Of a stretch of 64,000 nucleotides of DNA, positions 61,581-64,000 are shown one piece after another. A program made the translations under genes and the position numbers. The stretch lies in NCBI RefSeq assembly GCF_030028105.1, contig NC_092397.1:35803097-35867096 (forward strand), given 5' to 3'. The stretch is from Mobula birostris (taxonomy: Eukaryota). The first letter of the stretch is position 1, and each line of letters starts with the position of its first letter. The notes under the pieces are model-generated. The model did no database searches and had not been told where the DNA came from. It was given only the letters and a program-made list of their open reading frames with translations.

Positions 61581-64000
61581 GCTCCCTTCCCGGGTTAGAC
61601 TATCCACTTCTATGTTAAGTAACATCCCAGTATTCTTCTAACATATTCGGTGATATCTAAGCCCCTGACTCTAAGGGAGTCCCAGTCAACATTGGGGAAA
61701 TTAGTCACCCACTGCAACTACCCTGTTGCTTTTACATCTTTCATTACCTGCTACATTTCTGTTCCTTTATCTCCTGCCGGCATTTGGGAGGCCTGTGGTA
61801 TAACCCCATCAGTGAATGCACCTCTCTTATCCTGAGCTCTATCCACATTGTCCCACTGGATGAACCCTCCAGTGTGTCCTCTCTTAGTCCCTCACCCACA
61901 ATTCCATATAAAGTCTGATCTGCCATCAGCCTTCCTTGTATGTCAATCCCACTTCCCTGATTTTACAAACATTTATCTTCCTTCTCTTTGAATCTTTTCA
62001 GTTATCCAGCCTCCCCATTCATCTCAGTTGGGGAATTCCAGTGTTTGTTATACAGTGTTTTTTTAATCATTTGTGGCCTTGTAGAACAGTGCAGGCATGT
62101 ACTCTGGTTTCCTGCAGTCCACAGTTTTGAGTGCCACAGTTCCACACAGTCATCAGATTATATAAAAGGAGAGGGAGTTTGATGAAGTGAACCTGGGCAG
62201 TTGGCACATTTTGCATGTCACAGTTCCCGAGGAAATGTTTGATTGCCCATAATTCGGAACGTGGCAAGATCCAATAAAAAGTTATACTTAACCAGAGCGG
62301 TCATTGTATGAGTGGGCCAGAATTGGAGTGGGGAGTTCAGGTTTTGTCTCTTCTGAGAGATGTAGGCCATAGGTAGATATATTTTGATTTAATCTTTATT
62401 TCTTTTGTATTACACATTTGGAGCAGAGGGGATGCCAGACAAGATACTTGTCTTGATGGAAGGAGGCAGAGGGTGGTCATGGCAGCTTGTTATTCAGGTT
62501 GGAGGCCTCTGACCAGTGACAGTCACAGGGATCGGTGCTGGTACTGTCAATTGTCATCTACATTAACAATTTTCTGACATTGTGGTGACAGTGAGTTTGC
62601 AGATGACAGCAATGCTGGTGGTAGTGTGGACTGTGAAGATTGTGTGAGAGTACAATAGGATGGAGATTAACTGGGGAAGACGGCCAAAAAATGGCAGAAG
62701 GATATTGATGTGGACAAGTTTGAGGTGTTGCATTATGAGAAGTTCAACCAGGGAAGGATCTGCACAGTAAATTCTTGTCCCTTGGAGAGTATTACAGAAG
62801 AGGGTCCATGAAATACAGAAACATCATTCACTGAAAGAGACAACACAGGTAGTCAGGATGGTGAAGGTGGTGTTTGGCCTATTTGTCTTCATTGATCAGG
62901 GAACTGAGTAGAGAATTTGGGATGCTGTATGACAGCTGTAAAAGTCAAAGTGAGACCAGACTGTATTTTGCACAGTTCTGGTCATCCAGTTGCAGGAAAG
63001 ATGTCATGAAGCTGGCAAGTGTGGAGGGAAGTTTGATGAGAATGCTACTGACACTGGTGGACTTTAATTATCAGCAGAAGCTGGACAGACTGGGACTCTC
63101 TTTCTCTCTCCTGAGAGTGTAAGGAGCTGTCTGGTGACCGTCCAGAGGTTTACAAAATCAGTAGGTGAGCACTCTTTTTGTAGGGTAGGGAAGCCTAAAT
63201 TTACAGGGTAATGGTTTAAGATGAAGGGGAAACATTTAAAAGCTACCTTATGGGTGGGGGATGTTGCATCTTTGAATAAGGAGACCAACACTTCAGTAAT
63301 AAGAGGGGTTTTGATGAGGTCTTGTAAGTATAGGTTTTAAATAAAATGATGAATGATGATTTTGATGGGATTATACTGCCGGCCTCCCAATCGGCTCAGA
63401 TATTGTGCAGCAGACATATTAGTAAATCACACAGAGGGGTAATGGGAACAAGTTTACAGCAGTTGGGCATTTCAACTTTCCCAGATTACCTTGTGTGAAA
63501 AGTTTCAGTCTCCAGGAGAAATTTGGCAGACACAGGATCGGTTCATCCCTCAGCAGAAACAGTATTTAAAAGGGAGGATGAGGCAACCATCACTAACAAC
63601 AGAAGACAAAGGCAGCATAAAAGAACATGAGAGGGCAAAGAATATCACCAAAATTACTGGGAAGCTAAAGGATAATGAAACTTAAAACAAAAAAAACAGA
63701 ACAACTATAATAACAATATGCAGAACTCAGATGAATTATGAAAGTAACTGGCCAATAATAGAAACAAGATACAAAAAGATTTATTTTCAGATATATGAAG
63801 AGTAAAAGAGGCAAGAATGGACAAGGTTTCACTGACCTTCACTGATCAATGCCAGTGCACAAAAGTTTTATTAATGAGTTGGAGAAACTTCCCTCAACTT
63901 AACTTGGAAGGATGTCGCGGATTACAGGGTGCTCATGATCACTTAGGGAAGAGGGTCAAGTGTGGCAAATGCATTTCAATACAGATAAGTGTGAGGCGGT
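61581..64000. mobile_element. Further degenerate CR1 fragments
   Basis: IWIELR-like endonuclease remnant (minus strand); gagtttgcagatgac (FADD) and QFWSS..RKDV (plus strand). Confidence 0.65.

Overview
Repeat-dense vertebrate genomic DNA, most likely a cartilaginous fish (ray/shark). This is inferred from the repeat complement (abundant CR1, Rex1/Babar, Penelope, HE1/V-SINE-like SINEs, Tc1, hAT), not from a search. Host genes, all on the + strand: (1) the last three coding exons of a TMEM244-like gene (13099-13224, 14632-14676, 15690-15781), absent from the ORF track because they are spliced; (2) a replication-dependent histone cluster with H4 (41320-41631), two H2B (46416-46790, 53678-54052) and an H2A with a 1-bp homopolymer frameshift (54903-55287), each with a 3' stem-loop. 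The cluster also shows turnover debris: an orphan H4 promoter, an orphan H2A-type promoter and an inverted H4 3'-end relic. Also present are a degenerate C2H2 zinc-finger exon (~50.3-50.9 kb, minus strand), a motif-packed CpG promoter at ~26.7-26.9 kb with no identifiable gene, two related solo LTRs with 4-bp TSDs, a Gypsy-like LTR-PBS(tRNA-Phe)-gag stub and nested DNA transposons. The most intriguing non-coding signal is a family of short Penelope terminal-repeat insertions whose consensus reconstructs a minimal, dimer-dependent hammerhead ribozyme; several copies start at or near the predicted cleavage site. I found no clearly new protein system. TE boundaries are approximate unless a TSD or TIR is quoted, and all family calls are from motif recognition only.
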